In this document: piece by piece, positions 61,450-64,000 of the stretch
Numbering within the stretch: the stretch's first letter is position 1
Layout of the letters: each line of letters begins with the position of its first letter
From: Octopus sinensis
Lineage: Eukaryota
Length of the DNA: 64,000 nucleotides
Direction: 5' to 3'
Assembly (NCBI RefSeq): GCF_006345805.1
Contig: NC_042997.1
Location: forward strand, 151,714,001-151,778,000
Notes under the pieces: generated by a model
Databases searched by the model: none
What the model was told of the DNA's origin: nothing
What the model saw: the letters and a program-made list of their open reading frames with translations, nothing else
Position numbers and translations under genes: made by a program

Positions 61450-61816
61450 ACATAGACGGGGAGTAAAATGGCAATGTTGACCGAAGGCATTAAGAGAGAT
61501 GCTATGAAAAAAACAAGAAGTAGACACTGCTCAATACAACATCAATATGTGATGCAAGTGAGTGAAAAGCACATCAATAGATCAATAGAAATTTTTCTTT
61601 TGATTTTTCACTAGCAACTAAACAACGAATCGCAGAGAACCTCTCCATAGTTGCATGACCTGCTAGAAATAGTAGGTATATCTTTCTCAAAGCACGCTAA
61701 CACTTTTATCTGAAGAAAGTGAAGGACAAAATGAATAATGCGATCCTGAAGACGTTTGCATTCGAGAAAGTATAGAGTGACCACCTCTGGATCACCCTTC
61801 ATCATATATCCCCTAT

Positions 61817-62090
61817 GGACTTGGTAGACGGAAACTTAAAGAAGCCCGTCGAATATAGATATGTATATATCTATGTGTGTATCTTTGTGCGTGTCTTTGT
61901 CCCCCGCATCCCTACTTGACATCCAATGTTTATGTCCCCGTGATCTAGCGGTTCAGCAAAGAGACTGATACAGTAAGTACTAGGCTTAAAAAATAAGTCC
62001 TTGTGTCGATTTGTTCGATTGAAACCCCTCAAAGTAGTGCTCCAGTATTGCGGCAGTTAAATGACTGAAACAAGTAAAATAATAAAATAA
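61817..62090 (+). mobile_element. SINE family B, 5'-truncated
   Basis: TTGGTAGACGGAAACTTAAAGAAGCCCGTCG...AATGACTGAAACAAGTAAAA. Confidence 0.85.
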
Positions 62091-64000
62091 TGTCATGGTT
62101 GACCTACGTTTAAGCAACAACAACAAATGAAATATTTGTAATGCTTTCACTGATGATTAAAGAAGAATCTACTACCTGGTTGCAATCAAAGTCCCTTCTC
62201 GACTCTCGTGCAAAATATGTTGGTATATATTTTAGTCCTTCCTATTTCGATGCTTTAACACCTGCTAGCCTTGTCGTGGCACCGCTGTGAACAGTGTGCC
62301 CTAGCCATTTAAACCCGAGGGAACTCATCTCATTTCAGGTTCGAACACAGTTGACTTTTTCTAGGAGAAGGAGACAAAGTGAGCTAAAGAGAAAAAAAGG
62401 TGAAAAAGAGTCAGACTCACAAACTGATAGACAAAGAAAATTTAATCCTCGTACTGGACTGTTTGTTATTTATCCACTCTGAAATGATGACAGTGAAGTT
62501 AACCTCAGTGGGAGCTGAACACAAAGGACATGGAACAAATATCCAACTCTAACATCCTTGTCAGTTAGCCACTTATTAATATTATACATCAGCCAAGTTT
62601 GAAGGAGTATACTATTCTGGAGGCTTACTAACAAATGCTAGTAATCTAAGGCTTGCGATGAAACTGTAAAATGCATTAAAAGTTGTTATCTTTTTAAAGC
62701 AATGTGTAATCAGTAAAACTTTACATTCACTCCACGTTTTACTCAAATGGTTTTCATTACAGGAAGAAGGACAGTGATCCATATCTAATTTGAATGGATA
62801 CTGTCTCGGGAATCTATAGTGAAGATAGTTTCGTTAAAACAAGCGATTGATCAGGTCTATTTCCTAATTAGTGGAAAAGTCTTTCTAACGCATTTTTATA
62901 GTTTAGCCACCGCTAAATTTTACTCACGGTTTTATAAAAAAAAAACACTTAGATTTTAGCTCTATGGAGGAATGCTCAGTGCAAATTACTACAGATTGGA
63001 ATCGAACCCAGAAGCATGTAAATTCCGAAAAAACTTTTGAACCACGTGTTTTGGACGAGCCCTTGCCCGGTTACAATTTTATTTATGAATGAGATAAACT
63101 GAGAAATAGCGGATCGATATATCAGTCAGTACTCGATATGTATTTAGTACAAGAGAAAAATTCAAGAGAAAAATTCATACCCCTGTCATTGAAATTAATT
63201 GATACATTTTTGCAATTTCTTCAATAAATTTGAAAATGACTAGAAATGTTAATTATGAGCTAACATGCCAATTCTAAAATTTGTATTGAAAAAGCTGTGA
63301 AAGTATTAAAAGGTCATGATAATCAGTGGTCTCTACGGAGTTCAAATTAAAATTCCTGTGACTTTTGGCCTCAGAGTTTTAAAAAGCCAACGTCTTTATA
63401 TTTCCATTAAAATAAAAAAAATGAATAGAAGTGTTTTATATTAAATTCAGTTAGTCATACACCCATTGAAACATCTTTTATTCTTATTGAATAGATTTAA
63501 AATCCCAAATATTTCAAAAGGAATGAACAAATGATGGGGAGGAGGCATCATACTCATGCTTAATCTAATATAATATCATACTCGTGTTAATATAACTAAT
63601 AGTACAATAAACTACTTTAATAAGATTAACATTATCTTTTCAATATCAATTTTAATTCTGAAATATTTCTATAATTGCATTGTTTCTTAATTTACTTAAA
63701 TAAGCGTACATAGTATATTTTTATTAATTTAATTCCTCAACTTCTTACGTATGGGTAAGTATATACCTAACAGTCTAAGCGCATAGAGATAAGCTTATAA
63801 ATAATGCACATACACACGCACATATAGTTATGCATGTATATATAAATGTATATACATGTACACACACGTACACAAACACAAATATATAAGCGAATGAATA
63901 TGTATATATGTGTGTTCGAGAGTGTATGGATTTTCACGTATAACTATTGGTATATATTATTCTATTCATTTAGTAGGATTTATTCATTAGTTTGAGGCTG

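Overview
AT-rich, microsatellite-dense eukaryotic DNA, very probably octopus (inferred from recalled Octopus-type tRNA-derived SINEs and the abundant (TA)n, (TACA)n, (CA)n, (GATA)n and (GAA)n tracts). Most ORF-track entries are translations of microsatellites. I recognise no host gene. Several minus-strand segments have good splice signals and compatible phases (58517-52026; 18860-12575), so the window may be mostly intronic. The rest is a layered transposon graveyard. DNA transposons: a near-intact IR-DR Tc1 (DD34E), two mariners, DD37D- and DD41D-like remnants, Buster-type hAT elements, a Chapaev3-like remnant, a Merlin-like MITE carrying TTAGGG repeats, and several fold-back elements. Retroelements: Hero-like and R4/Dong-like RLE LINEs, an RTE LINE end with three C2H2 fingers, a CR1-like remnant, Penelope-like elements, and about 20 SINE copies of four families. 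The most interesting signals are: (1) a type I hammerhead ribozyme with a palindromic stem III on a long rod-like stem, inside a 358-nt direct-repeat unit at the 3' end of a Penelope-like element; (2) four dispersed ~200-bp elements with hammerhead-like cores, in two subfamilies, that abut (TA)n tracts; (3) a head-to-tail SINE trimer joined at GGTATT; (4) an R4/Dong-like LINE that appears to insert at (TACA)n; (5) an orphan candidate gene. All family assignments come from motif recognition only; no database search was run.
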